In this document: piece after piece, positions 19,813 to 30,345 of the stretch
How positions within the stretch are numbered: position 1 is the stretch's first letter
How the letters are laid out: each line of letters opens with the position of its first letter
IMG/VR virus record: IMGVR_UViG_3300040801_003693
Span: 1-64,000 of that record
From: a virus
Direction: 5' to 3' (one strand)
Length of the DNA: 64,000 nt
Notes under the pieces: model-generated
Told to the model about the DNA's origin: nothing
Databases searched by the model: none
Seen by the model: the letters and a program-made list of their open reading frames with translations, nothing else
Position numbers and translations under genes: made by a program

Positions 19813-20847
19813 TTAAATTGAAACTGTAACTTGATTTTGATTTTGACGAATGTAACTACGATTAATGTCAGTAGTTAATTCTGATAGTTCGGTAAAAGCT
19901 TTTCTTGCTAATGCAGACTTACTTCCGAATAGTAAAGAATTAGTTGCAACTGAACTATTTTTTGTTTTTCTTCCATAATGCTGACTAAACTCTGTCACAG
20001 CATTAAATAATCCCCAAGGAGTATTTTGAGAAGTAATAAAATTGCTTCCTTTTGCTCCACCTAAATAAAGTTTTAAGATTTCTGAAACTCTTTTTGGTTG
20101 CTTGCTTAGGTCGGTTTTTGAAGGTTGCTGCCAGTTCATATTGTCTGGTTCCCCAAAGCTTTTAATTATATAAGCATAAGCTGTCTCAATATCAATATTA
20201 GTCTGCGACATTTGATAAAAAGAATCTTCTGTCTCTTCAAAAATATTTATTGATTCTTTCAACGCTTTCTCAATCATAGTTTTGTCTATGTTGCTGTTGC
20301 TATGATTAATTATACTTTGATTCCCTTTTACTTTTGCAATCATTCCGTTTAAACAAACCAGTCTCCAAAATAATACTGAACTTTTTAATCCAAATCCTTT
20401 TCTATGAGAGTTTTCAAGGATTAAATAACCATCTACTGGATCTTTCTCAAATTTTGCATCTCTATCTATTACTGTTCTTTTATTTATATCTACAATTCCA
20501 AAGATTTTCTCTCCGTTATTAACGCTTCCAATCCTTAGCAAAGGAAAGCCTGTCTCTTCACTAAAGTTTAATAAGCTTTGAACTATATCAATGTTCTGTA
20601 CGGGATTAAACTTATAGGCTGTTCCATAGTTAATTTCAGGTTTATCCTCTCTATAAATTACACTTTGCTCTTTATCTAATATATATTCTTCTTCTCCTCC
20701 GGAGGGAGAGTATATTAAGTTAGTAGTATTAACTCTCCAATCTAAGTTTGCTTTTACTAACAGTTTTTCTGCTGTTTCTCCTTCATAAATAGTTCCGAAT
20801 GCCAGGCTAGATTCTTGCTTTGAAGTTCCTTCAATATAATCTGTCAT
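19813..20847 (-). CDS. DUF932-family protein
   Basis: ANLDWRV, PVQN, NGEKIF, NSH, RLVCLNG, TPWGLFNAVTE. Confidence 0.8.
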   Translation of the reverse strand: MTDYIEGTSKQESSLAFGTIYEGETAEKLLVKANLDWRVNTTNLIYSPSGGEEEYILDKEQSVIYREDKPEINYGTAYKFNPVQNIDIVQSLLNFSEETGFPLLRIGSVNNGEKIFGIVDINKRTVIDRDAKFEKDPVDGYLILENSHRKGFGLKSSVLFWRLVCLNGMIAKVKGNQSIINHSNSNIDKTMIEKALKESINIFEETEDSFYQMSQTNIDIETAYAYIIKSFGEPDNMNWQQPSKTDLSKQPKRVSEILKLYLGGAKGSNFITSQNTPWGLFNAVTEFSQHYGRKTKNSSVATNSLLFGSKSALARKAFTELSELTTDINRSYIRQNQNQVTVSI

Positions 20848-20935
20848 ACTTTAATTTATTCCTTTAATTACAAATAAAAGGAGAAAAGTAACACTACTCT
20901 TCTCCTTGAATTTGTAAATATTTTTGTCAAACAGT

Positions 20936-21202
20936 TTAAAAAACTTTGATGGAAGATGTTACTTCTTTGACTCTATTCTCTAATTCTTTTTTTAGTAAGC
21001 TTTTTACTTCTGAAGCAGTGGTTTCTTCTCCTCTCTTATTTTGAATAATAAGATACTGATCAAATTCCGATTCTATTGGATGAAAATTTGTATAAATATC
21101 CTCTGCCTCTTCCCTTGTTAAATTTCTTCTCCTGTTATAAAAATCAAAATTATCTTTTGCTGCATTCAAAGTTATTTTCCATACTTCCCAATTACTTTCC
21201 AT
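20936..21202 (-). CDS. hypothetical protein
   Basis: 88-aa ORF. Confidence 0.55.
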   Translation of the reverse strand: MESNWEVWKITLNAAKDNFDFYNRRRNLTREEAEDIYTNFHPIESEFDQYLIIQNKRGEETTASEVKSLLKKELENRVKEVTSSIKVF

Positions 21203-21432
21203 TTCTGCTTCCTTCTAGATGTTTTTAGTAAGAAATAAGGATGTTTTTGGTATTAACATCCTTTAAATATGAGGGTGGTTGTGGTAGAGTTACTTAACTC
21301 TTTTATACATTAGACACCGTAATCTATAACTTGTCAAGTCCCAAATTTGGTTTTAGCTCTTGAACATTTGTTAAAATAGATTCTAATCAAAAGTATATAA
21401 AGCTGAGGCATCCTTACTACCGAGACTTTTTT

Positions 21433-21846
21433 ATGACTAGAGCAAAACGTAATATAAATATAAAAGCCGAACAAGTAAGTTTAATTGAAGCGTTACCGGG
21501 GTCTGGTAGTTTTACATCTAAAGTTCATGATCTCATTGATGAAGCTGTTGTTAATCGAAAAAAGCAAGGTCACATAAACGTAACTAACGTACTTAGCTTT
21601 TTACCCAATTGGACTGAAGCAGAAATCTGGACTTTAATTATTGAATCTATTAGCTTTCTTCATCAAAGAGAAGTTATAGCGAGTGATAATACCGATACTA
21701 AAGTAGTAGAATCATTAAGAAATATTATGTCTGGGATTAAAGTTTCCAATGCTGACCAAGCCATGTTAGCCTATAAATTAGGGATAGAGTCAGAAAGTAT
21801 TCCCCGACTTATTGAGTGCTTTGTGGAGGCAAAGAAAAGTGCGTGA
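21433..21846 (+). CDS. putative ribbon-helix-helix regulator
   Basis: RNINIKAEQVSLIEAL...SKVHDLIDEAV strand-helix-helix pattern; divergent from the flanking operon. Confidence 0.4.
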   Translation: MTRAKRNINIKAEQVSLIEALPGSGSFTSKVHDLIDEAVVNRKKQGHINVTNVLSFLPNWTEAEIWTLIIESISFLHQREVIASDNTDTKVVESLRNIMSGIKVSNADQAMLAYKLGIESESIPRLIECFVEAKKSA

Positions 21847-22528
21847 TACAGTTTTTAAATATTACCTGCATCCGTTGACCTTAGAGGATTTAGTTATAAA
21901 GCCTTATAAACCTCTGAAAACAATGACTGAGACTCAAATGTTTTTAGAAGAAAAAGCGGACGAGATAATAATAAAACTTAATTTATCAGGAAAGAAAAAA
22001 GCGCTACTTTGGTATGAAGGGGCGGATCATCCTTTAATACTCAGAAAAGAGATGATAAATAATATCAAAATACAGGGGTATTCAATAGATATGAATAACA
22101 GTGAATCAAATTTGAGTGTACCAGTGGAAGTTCAAATTGCAGATATGGCTTTAACTCCCACAATCATTAATTTGTTGCAGGAAATGGTAATTTTTCCTGA
22201 GCGTAAGCATGGGCTGGTTAGAGTTGCTGACCAAAGACAAGTTGCAATGGTCAGCACTTTTACACCACACCTAACTAATTATACTCCAAAATTAGCGGTA
22301 CAAAAAAGTCGTTACGATTATTGGCTTCCACAATATTTAGATGAGTTTCTAAAAGTATCTAAACAGGAACTTACACCTAATTCCAAAGCATCTAAATTAG
22401 AATTTGCTTATCATGTAAGCGAAGATTTAAATGGTCCAGAAGGAAGATTTGTAGGAAGTTTTAAGTTAATTAAAGATGAGTTAGATAATTATTATCACTT
22501 TGTAACTTCATTGGAAACTCCTCAGTAA
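21812..22528 (+). CDS. hypothetical protein, possible PAS-like C-terminus; start uncertain
   Basis: 238-aa ORF coupled to the putative regulator. Confidence 0.5.
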   Translation: MSALWRQRKVRDTVFKYYLHPLTLEDLVIKPYKPLKTMTETQMFLEEKADEIIIKLNLSGKKKALLWYEGADHPLILRKEMINNIKIQGYSIDMNNSESNLSVPVEVQIADMALTPTIINLLQEMVIFPERKHGLVRVADQRQVAMVSTFTPHLTNYTPKLAVQKSRYDYWLPQYLDEFLKVSKQELTPNSKASKLEFAYHVSEDLNGPEGRFVGSFKLIKDELDNYYHFVTSLETPQ

Positions 22529-22530
22529 TC

Positions 22531-22558
22531 TTATCTTTTCTCCGAGGAGAAAAGATAA
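22531..22558. terminator. perfect hairpin between convergent genes
   Basis: ttatcttttctcc-ga-ggagaaaagataa. Confidence 0.7.
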
Positions 22559-22571
22559 TTAAATATATCCA

Positions 22572-24971
22572 TTAACTTAAGGGTTGATGGATATATTTAT
22601 AAGATTCTAAGTATTCAGCAATACTCTCTATAAATTCATAACCTTGATTTAAATTCGATCCTATATGATAAGGATATTGTAATTTAAATAGATAAATCAA
22701 CAAAGGGTATTTTTGAAGGATAAAAGATAAGTCTTTAATAAACGTTGTATCTAATAAATTTATGTCTATTAGATATGGAAACGCTTCTAAATGATTTACT
22801 ATATTGGACTCATAATTATCATTGTTTTCTTCTTCAATTATTTTCCTATAATAGTTAGATAAAAGATTTTGTCCTATTCTCATAGAGTCCTTTAATCCTT
22901 TATTATTTAGAGATTCTTCATGCTGTATTGTCACAGATTGAAATCTAGGAATAAAATCAATCAAATCTTTTATCTCTTTAAAAGTACTTAAACCTAAATT
23001 TATTTTTAAACTCATTAAATAGTTTAAAAATTGTAGTTTGTAAACACTGGATATTTTCTGGTTTGTAATATAAAGAAAAAAAGCTTTATTGATTACTGCT
23101 TCATCGTCTTCACCTAACATTTTTAATTCTTTTCTTAATATATCTAAATATTCTTCTTTTATTACTTTGTCGAAAGGACTTAGATTATATTTTTCAATTC
23201 GACTTTCTTGACCTTCTCTAATTAATACACAAGTTCTTTTCTCTTTATCTAAAGTGTTGTAGAAAGCTGAAATTTTCGCAGCGCTGATTGATGTATCGAT
23301 TTGATTCCATTCTAAATCTTTATCTTTGCCTAATAAAAAGTAATCTTGTGTAAACTTTTTATTAGGTAATGAAATATAAGTCGCATTTTCTAAAGATTTA
23401 GTTGAAACCTTTATATTATGACTAATGTCTCTTAATGTATAGCTACTTATAAATTTCTTCAAAACCGTGCATCCCAAAGTCAAACCGCTAGTATCCCTTT
23501 CTTTTCTAGCCCTATAACTCTTAGTCTGCTTTTCACAGTATTGAGATAGTCTTTTTATTCCTGTTCGTGCTAAATTAGGTTCAATACGACATACTTCTTC
23601 AATTGTGTTGATTCCTTTACTTTCGAGTAAATAAACTACTAAGTTTGTTTTGTAGGGAGTTTTATCAAATAACTTCTCCTTCAACTGGTTCTCAATACGT
23701 AATTTTGTCTCTCTTATATCTTTAAAAAGAATAATTACTTTTGTATTTATGCGATAATCAATATCAGTTTCACCTTTTAGTGCTGTAAACTTTAAATTAT
23801 TCCCTTTTTTACTATAGACTATTTTTGAGAGTTTACATTTTTTTGCACCGGAATTAAGTATATTTAAATGCAATGAGACTAGTGAGGAAGATGAATCTCT
23901 TGATGAAAATGCATAAAGATATAATTTAAACGGCGTAAAAATATCTCTTATTTCTTCGCTGTTTTCTATAATCAGGGCACAATAAGAGCAGTAAATTGAG
24001 CATAGAAAATTAATTTTACTTTCATAATTGATCTTCTCTTCTAACGTAGAGAAAAACCTGTTTTTGAGTTCTTTGTAAATCTCTTTCGCCTTATTTAAAA
24101 TCAACTGAGCATTTTCTTCACTGTATTCTATTGATTCTCTAGACGGAACCAGTTTTATCTCTGGAATTTTTATTAGAATTGGCATATTAAATACCGCCCA
24201 ATAATCTTCTTTACTCTGATTATCAAGGAAAAAGTTATCACATTTATATTCTATTTCCGAGACTAAAAGTCTTGAATCATTCTCGGTAGTATTCGAGTCT
24301 AAAAGAATATAATTTTCTGTTTCTTGTAAATATTCATGCTCATGCTGTTTTTTTAAATAATCACGGTCGCCATGCAAAATAGGTTTCACCGACCACCATC
24401 TGATTAATTTTATAAATTCTGTAAGGAAGTTGCACTTGTCCCACTTTTTAATATTTATATCTATTTCTATTAAAGTTCCTTGCTCTCCGGGGGAAGCGTC
24501 TATTTCATACACCCTATCTACTTTACAATCATTATCTTCTGTCAAGTAGCAATTATAAAAATATTTCTTCCCTTTTGATATTGTTGTTATTTGAAAGTTA
24601 TCCGTAATAGCAAAGGCACATTTAGATCCTAGCCCAAATGTGCCTGTTGTTTTATTATCTGCTCTTTTAGTTGAGCTTCCATAAGAACTAAAAACATTTG
24701 CCATTAGTTCAGGAGAAATTCCTTTACCATTATCTTTTACTGAGAAAACATTTCCTGCATTTTCACCTACTCCCGGCAGTTTTACTTTAATAGGTATATC
24801 TGCTTTTCCATTTTCAATATTAGCATCTCTGGCGTTACAACAATACTCTCTTAAAACGGCTAATACCTTATTACTATAGAGCTTATCTCTTAGTAAGGAT
24901 ATGATAAATTCTGTCTGACTAGAATCAATACGAAAATCTGAACTTACTGGAATTGACTGTTCGTTATTCAT
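22572..24971 (-). CDS. rIIA-like protein with GHKL (HATPase) domain
   Basis: LYSNK...REYCCNARDA, DNGKGI, YGSSTK, GTFGLGSK, GT, LVPSRESI. Confidence 0.75.
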   Translation of the reverse strand: MNNEQSIPVSSDFRIDSSQTEFIISLLRDKLYSNKVLAVLREYCCNARDANIENGKADIPIKVKLPGVGENAGNVFSVKDNGKGISPELMANVFSSYGSSTKRADNKTTGTFGLGSKCAFAITDNFQITTISKGKKYFYNCYLTEDNDCKVDRVYEIDASPGEQGTLIEIDINIKKWDKCNFLTEFIKLIRWWSVKPILHGDRDYLKKQHEHEYLQETENYILLDSNTTENDSRLLVSEIEYKCDNFFLDNQSKEDYWAVFNMPILIKIPEIKLVPSRESIEYSEENAQLILNKAKEIYKELKNRFFSTLEEKINYESKINFLCSIYCSYCALIIENSEEIRDIFTPFKLYLYAFSSRDSSSSLVSLHLNILNSGAKKCKLSKIVYSKKGNNLKFTALKGETDIDYRINTKVIILFKDIRETKLRIENQLKEKLFDKTPYKTNLVVYLLESKGINTIEEVCRIEPNLARTGIKRLSQYCEKQTKSYRARKERDTSGLTLGCTVLKKFISSYTLRDISHNIKVSTKSLENATYISLPNKKFTQDYFLLGKDKDLEWNQIDTSISAAKISAFYNTLDKEKRTCVLIREGQESRIEKYNLSPFDKVIKEEYLDILRKELKMLGEDDEAVINKAFFLYITNQKISSVYKLQFLNYLMSLKINLGLSTFKEIKDLIDFIPRFQSVTIQHEESLNNKGLKDSMRIGQNLLSNYYRKIIEEENNDNYESNIVNHLEAFPYLIDINLLDTTFIKDLSFILQKYPLLIYLFKLQYPYHIGSNLNQGYEFIESIAEYLESYKYIHQPLS

Positions 24972-24995
24972 TTAAAAATCCTTCTGCTTTCAGTC

Positions 24996-25232
24996 TTAAA
25001 ATGTTAATTTTTGATTTAAATTTATTGTTTTATACAATATCAAATTAACCTTTTTTCTTACCCATGTTGCCCCCTTTTTTTTATGATGCTTTTTTAATAT
25101 TTTATCTAGTCTGAATGTTTGCTCCTTCTGGATTAAACTAATTCTTTTTATTATTTTGTCTAAGGTTTTTATGACTATAATAGTTGCATCAAAAATTACA
25201 GAATTACAACCTTTATGTATTTTTTTAATCAT
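24996..25232 (-). CDS. hypothetical basic protein
   Basis: 78-aa ORF coupled to the upstream gene. Confidence 0.45.
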   Translation of the reverse strand: MIKKIHKGCNSVIFDATIIVIKTLDKIIKRISLIQKEQTFRLDKILKKHHKKKGATWVRKKVNLILYKTINLNQKLTF

Positions 25233-25765
25233 AATTTATATTTTTTTATTACTTCTTTTAAATCAATTGAATATTTTTTAATAGGTAATATTTGTGACTC
25301 TTCTAGTACTCCGGCTCCTGCTTTTAAATATATAAATTCCTTCTCTACAAAATCTGCATCTCCTACTGGTTCTTTTTCTATAAATTTAAATAAATACCTA
25401 ACTGAATCTCTCATCACATTATTATTTATAATATACCTATAACCAGGCAATACTATTGTCTCTACGAACAACTCTGGGTTAAATAAAAACATTATTGCCT
25501 CTGCTTCATAATACATTACTGCCGATTTCCAATTTACTCTTTGATGTATACTTCCTTTTTTTATATACTCCTCTGAAGTAATAATTATTCTTATTCTATT
25601 TTGATGACATAGATTATTTAAGCTAACCTTGTTGATTATACTCCAGTTTCCTATCTCTGGTAAATAGTTTATTCTGGAATTAATTAACAAGTTTAACGCT
25701 TCTATTCCTGACAAAGTTTTTAAGGCAGGTTTGTTTAATAAATATAATACTTCAGATTCATCCAT
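25229..25765 (-). CDS. hypothetical protein
   Basis: 178-aa ORF. Confidence 0.6.
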   Translation of the reverse strand: MDESEVLYLLNKPALKTLSGIEALNLLINSRINYLPEIGNWSIINKVSLNNLCHQNRIRIIITSEEYIKKGSIHQRVNWKSAVMYYEAEAIMFLFNPELFVETIVLPGYRYIINNNVMRDSVRYLFKFIEKEPVGDADFVEKEFIYLKAGAGVLEESQILPIKKYSIDLKEVIKKYKL

Positions 25766-26384
25766 TATAATACTTAGACCAATAATTATTTAGTGCATTC
25801 ATCTTTGACCTATGAAAATCTGCCGCCCCTACTTTCTTAAACCTACGCTTCCACCCTAATGGCAATCTATACTTCTTATTCACCTCTACTAATATACATC
25901 TATCTATCAACATTGATATCACTTTACAACTACTCTCTCTATATCCTGCCCTTCGGAGTAACGTCATTAGCTGTTCACTACTAAAATATCTGTTTTTACA
26001 ATTTGCTATTGTTCTTATTATTTCTAAATTACCCTCTCTCAATCCAAACCATTTACTTTCTATATTTCTATTTATACATCTACTTAATATCTTTTTTATT
26101 GATTTACCTTTAAAGTCTGTTTCTACGCCATACTTGTACAACAATCCTACTTCTAAATAACTTAATTTCTTTAACTCTTTTAAACCTATCTTTATATAAC
26201 TTACATCTTTTAGAGAATACTCTTTTATCCCCTCTATCATTTCTAACTTACATCTATTTCTCTTCTCCAATAACAAACCCTTCTCTTCTCTATTTAAACT
26301 ATACGGGTTTCTTCCTCCTACTAAATAACTCAACTCCGAGAGCAAATTACACTCTTTTAAATCAAACTCTTTCTTATACCTCAT
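25758..26384 (-). CDS. hypothetical basic protein, possible winged-helix C-terminus
   Basis: 208 aa; helical pattern followed by LVEVNKKYRL. Confidence 0.5.
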   Translation of the reverse strand: MRYKKEFDLKECNLLSELSYLVGGRNPYSLNREEKGLLLEKRNRCKLEMIEGIKEYSLKDVSYIKIGLKELKKLSYLEVGLLYKYGVETDFKGKSIKKILSRCINRNIESKWFGLREGNLEIIRTIANCKNRYFSSEQLMTLLRRAGYRESSCKVISMLIDRCILVEVNKKYRLPLGWKRRFKKVGAADFHRSKMNALNNYWSKYYNG

Positions 26385-26748
26385 CTTTATAGCTTTTCTT
26401 CTTTCTTCCCATTGATGGATTTGTCATCCATATCCCTGCTGAATTACCTAATAACCCCCATGCTGTACCTTTGTCTGGCTGCCTTTCATCTACTATTATC
26501 CACGTAGATAATCCCGCTATTAATAAACTATACCCAATTTTCATTAATCTATCTTCTAAATACTCTTCACCTTCTATCTGTGTTTCATCTTTACCTCTTC
26601 CTTTTTTACTATCACCCCTTTTTTCATATTCACTTTTTCCCTTTTCTTTTACCTCCTCATATTCTTCCTCACATTCCTCATCTTCTCTGTAATGCAGGTC
26701 AGTGCGTGTTATCTCTACTTTCTCCTTTCTGTATTCTTTATTCTCCAT
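26374..26748 (-). CDS. small membrane protein with charged N-terminus
   Basis: E/K-rich N-terminus, then two short hydrophobic segments. Confidence 0.55.
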   Translation of the reverse strand: MENKEYRKEKVEITRTDLHYREDEECEEEYEEVKEKGKSEYEKRGDSKKGRGKDETQIEGEEYLEDRLMKIGYSLLIAGLSTWIIVDERQPDKGTAWGLLGNSAGIWMTNPSMGRKKKSYKDEV

Positions 26749-26894
26749 TGTTACCTATCTCCGTATTTACACTTATTTATACACTAAGTATCACATGAGG
26801 GTACTTTAACAGATTTAAATAGGTAAAATTTGATTATTATTTGTTATATTTTAGATAACCTATAAGCTCCATTTATCTTTTACACCAGTTACCA

Positions 26895-26940
26895 TAAAAC
26901 TAAGTCTATGGTAATTAAATTTACCATAGACTTAGTTTTA
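26895..26940. repeat. perfect 20-bp inverted repeat
   Basis: taaaactaagtctatggtaa-N6-ttaccatagacttagtttta. Confidence 0.85.
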
Positions 26941-26985
26941 TATTTACTAGGGTAAAAAGCAAAAGTTGTTGGCTTGTTAATAAGT

Positions 26986-27201
26986 TTAACTTATCCCCAC
27001 TATATCTTTCGCTTTAAAGTAAACAGTTTGTTTTTTATACTGCGCTTGAATAATAACTTCTTCTGGGTCAATTTGATCGTCAAAGTTTATGATGGATGCA
27101 GGAAAAGTTACTTCTACTATCTCTCCGACATCTATGACTATAGTAGAGTTTTTTACGAGGTGTTCTGTTATTCTCAAAGTTTTACATTTCATTAGCATCA
27201 A
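26986..27201 (-). CDS. hypothetical protein
   Basis: 71-aa ORF on the dominant strand. Confidence 0.5.
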   Translation of the reverse strand: MMLMKCKTLRITEHLVKNSTIVIDVGEIVEVTFPASIINFDDQIDPEEVIIQAQYKKQTVYFKAKDIVGIS

Positions 27202-27683
27202 TTTTAATAATGGTTTTAAATGTTTCTACTTGTTGTTTAATAGTTGTCTTATTACTTCTTCTACTGAATTAATTTTGGTGCTGTCCATATTTTTATTCTG
27301 ATTATTAATGGTGCTGTCCGGGTACAAAAACTATTTTAAAATTAAATAAAAAATAAATAAATTTTGGGTTAAAGAGTAATCACAAATTAATGCCTGTGAT
27401 TACTCTTTAACTAGACTCTCATAATATCCTTATTTGCTAGATACCAGTCTCTTTCTCTCAGATAAATTAATGCTTCTTCAAACAATTCGTTAGAATAATC
27501 CTCGATATATTGTTCTAACGAATATGTTTTGGGTTCTTCTAAAACTCTCTTCTCATATTGATTTTGCCAGTATTCAATCGTTGATTAATGAAGACGGCGA
27601 ATAAATTCGCGGTTTGCGAAATTCCACCCCGCTATGAATAGTCGGGGCTATCTTTCTCCCACTTATAATTGAATATTCTTATT

Positions 27684-28706
27684 CTAAATCCCAATTAAAT
27701 TTATTAAAGGGATTATGCTGATACTAATCAAAGAAAGTTCTTTGTCTGCTTCTGAATACTTCATTAATCTATGAAGCATTAATCCAATTGCAATCAGAAC
27801 AAATCCAATGGTTCCTTGAAAGTGGCAAATAAATGCTACACAAAGAAATACGCTAAATAGACTAAGAGTTTTGTTTTGTTGATCTTCTTCATTGTTAAGA
27901 AGTGTTAAGTAGATAATTCCAGTTAGGGCGACGCTAATGAATAGCATACCAATGATTGCGACAGAAGAGAATTCTATACCACTTATCATAGAAGCATTAC
28001 CGCTGCGGGCACCACCACCGCTTAGAACTAGAGCTAAAGCTAATATTGAGCCTGCTGCTTCACTATGGGATTGAGCTAGTTCAATATCAATATTTTTTGT
28101 TAGGAGCGCTTTACAGGCGGCTCTGTGAGGAATACCCCAAAATAAGCCACCAATTATTCCACAAGCAATCCCTACAATACTAATCGAATCATTTCTTTCT
28201 ACTTCTACAACTAAATCATTATGAACTTTTTTAAATCTTAATGATTCAAGTATTTGAGGTATTCCATAGATAACCATTACCATGCATAAAACATTATTAG
28301 TATTTGGTAATCTAGAAAATATTATTCCAGATATTGCGAATATAATAGCAGTAAGAACAGCAGCATTTCTATTTTTACTTTCTGAAATGATTATAACCCA
28401 CATACATACTGCTAATGCAGCACCTATAAATATTAGTGGAGTAGATAACTTCAATATTGATATCCTTCCCAGGAGGAGGATAAAAGATAAAGTTAAAGTC
28501 ATTACTGTTTTTACAAAGAGAAAGCTCCAACGATTCTCTCTTTTAATGCTAATAATATTAAAAGCTTCTATTACTAATATTTGATAAACGCTTATTGTAC
28601 TGTTACTGAATAAATTAAGTAAAAGAAATATTGAAGAAATTCCTTTTACTCTAGAATTAATTATTCCTAGCAGTATTCCCGTTAGCAGTCCTACTACTAG
28701 TTCCAT
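27684..28706 (-). CDS. polytopic membrane protein, weakly TctA/tricarboxylate-permease-like
   Basis: about 10 hydrophobic segments; GLLTGILLGI and GIIGGLFWGI repeats. Confidence 0.45.
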   Translation of the reverse strand: MELVVGLLTGILLGIINSRVKGISSIFLLLNLFSNSTISVYQILVIEAFNIISIKRENRWSFLFVKTVMTLTLSFILLLGRISILKLSTPLIFIGAALAVCMWVIIISESKNRNAAVLTAIIFAISGIIFSRLPNTNNVLCMVMVIYGIPQILESLRFKKVHNDLVVEVERNDSISIVGIACGIIGGLFWGIPHRAACKALLTKNIDIELAQSHSEAAGSILALALVLSGGGARSGNASMISGIEFSSVAIIGMLFISVALTGIIYLTLLNNEEDQQNKTLSLFSVFLCVAFICHFQGTIGFVLIAIGLMLHRLMKYSEADKELSLISISIIPLINLIGI

Positions 28707-28732
28707 TATTAATTTCCTGATTAAATTAGTTT

Positions 28733-29296
28733 TTAATTGATTGAGATAATATTGCGATCGCCATCATGTTTAATGGTATTTATTTCTCCCATCTTTAAAG
28801 TGAGGGCGTGTCTTTTGCTACCAATGTATCTAACATTACCAATTGTTAACACTAGCATTTCTGCGGTATGGTAGTAGGAAATATTTGCGTTTGTTATTGT
28901 AGATGTAACTTCAAATATTTCTCCCATTTCTCCATTGGAATCAATTACGGAATAATCTTTCTTAACGTTACTGATGTTAGATATAAGACCATTCTTTAGA
29001 TTACCAGAAAAAGAAACTCTTTCACCAATAAAGTTTAAGTTTTTTAATCTGTGAGGAGTTCCAATAGCAACAGCAGAACATCCGTATTGTCCAGAAGAAA
29101 TGGTAACAATTCTTTGTCCAATATCGTTAGGAACAACATTAGTAACAATTCCTTTAAAGCTACCTCTTATCTCTCCCTCGGTGGGAAGGTCACATAAAGA
29201 ACCACCATTCAAATTATTACTTGAATCCTTTGAGCTTAGAATTAGAATTAATCCTAATAAAACTCCACCAAAACATAAACCAAATTTAGTGTTCAT
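28733..29296 (-). CDS. secreted or membrane-anchored hypothetical protein
   Basis: N-terminal hydrophobic helix followed by a beta-rich body. Confidence 0.55.
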   Translation of the reverse strand: MNTKFGLCFGGVLLGLILILSSKDSSNNLNGGSLCDLPTEGEIRGSFKGIVTNVVPNDIGQRIVTISSGQYGCSAVAIGTPHRLKNLNFIGERVSFSGNLKNGLISNISNVKKDYSVIDSNGEMGEIFEVTSTITNANISYYHTAEMLVLTIGNVRYIGSKRHALTLKMGEINTIKHDGDRNIISIN

Positions 29297-29367
29297 CTTG
29301 TTAATTTAAATCATGGTTTAGAAATAAATAATGTAAGGGTCGTTATCCTTACATTATTTATTGTTTA

Positions 29368-29883
29368 TTACTTACTGTTAACTGTTAAGGGTGCAAGTTT
29401 AACAGTTGAATTTTGAGATAGGTCTACCATTCTATTGATGATATCAATAGCGGAGATAGATTCAACTTTATCCTTTTCAGGAATTTGTGCAGTTCCGATA
29501 TTTTGGATAAAACTAATATGTGAAGCAAAAATCTTTGCGTAAACAAAGAGCGTGCTTTTAACTCTTTTGCTTCTGTGTTTGGGATTAAAGAAGATATGTG
29601 AAGCATCTAATGTAATTTCATATCTTTCCCCACTTTTCATATCTGTAACTAATTTAGAAGAAAAAGATTCCTCTTCAATTAAATATGAAATTTCTAAAAT
29701 AGCTTGAATTTCTGTTAACCCTTTCTTCTGTACTATTGGGTTTGATCTAAACCATTCATCATTAAAACGAAAGGTTTCAATTAATAACCGACAAGAACCA
29801 TACACAGGTTTTTCTCTTTGACTTACCTGTGCCTCATTTTTACATTGAATATTATTCAAACATCTACCGCGAACTAGCATCAT
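29368..29883 (-). CDS. hypothetical protein
   Basis: 171-aa ORF. Confidence 0.55.
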   Translation of the reverse strand: MMLVRGRCLNNIQCKNEAQVSQREKPVYGSCRLLIETFRFNDEWFRSNPIVQKKGLTEIQAILEISYLIEEESFSSKLVTDMKSGERYEITLDASHIFFNPKHRSKRVKSTLFVYAKIFASHISFIQNIGTAQIPEKDKVESISAIDIINRMVDLSQNSTVKLAPLTVNSK

Positions 29884-30292
29884 AATTTTTCCTAAAACTT
29901 TCTTTTATTACTTCAGTTGCTTTGAGCCGAGCATTCTTAACTTTCAAAGGAGAAATGCGGCTTTCCAAATAATTATTCAACTCAGGATTCCTTCCTGATA
30001 AATAATTCACAACTATATACCACCTGTCCAAATTATTTAAAATAAATATTGGATAATTATTTTTAAGAAGATTCTTCTCAATATGGTGGCATAAGGTTGT
30101 CTCTGATATTGCAATCTCTTCTATGACAGAATTAACTGCATTAATCGCTTCAAGTTTTTCTTCTGGCGTTGTAAACAAAGATAGAAATATACTGTAGAAC
30201 AAATATTCCCTTGCATATACTTCTATCTTTTCTGCTGATACATAAGATTCTTCATCTCCCAGGAGACGAAGAACTTTATTAATTGAATTCAT
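29864..30292 (-). CDS. hypothetical protein
   Basis: 142-aa ORF. Confidence 0.55.
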   Translation of the reverse strand: MNSINKVLRLLGDEESYVSAEKIEVYAREYLFYSIFLSLFTTPEEKLEAINAVNSVIEEIAISETTLCHHIEKNLLKNNYPIFILNNLDRWYIVVNYLSGRNPELNNYLESRISPLKVKNARLKATEVIKESFRKNYDASSR

Positions 30293-30345
30293 ACTATTAC
30301 TAAAAGGTTTTCAATTTAAATTGAATAGTAATAGTATAAACATTT

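Noticed and set aside
27411-27630. Protein-like minus-strand frame (...IEYWQNQYEKRVLEEP...IMRV*)
   Set aside because: No standard start codon and an in-frame TAA just upstream; possibly a remnant but unsupported
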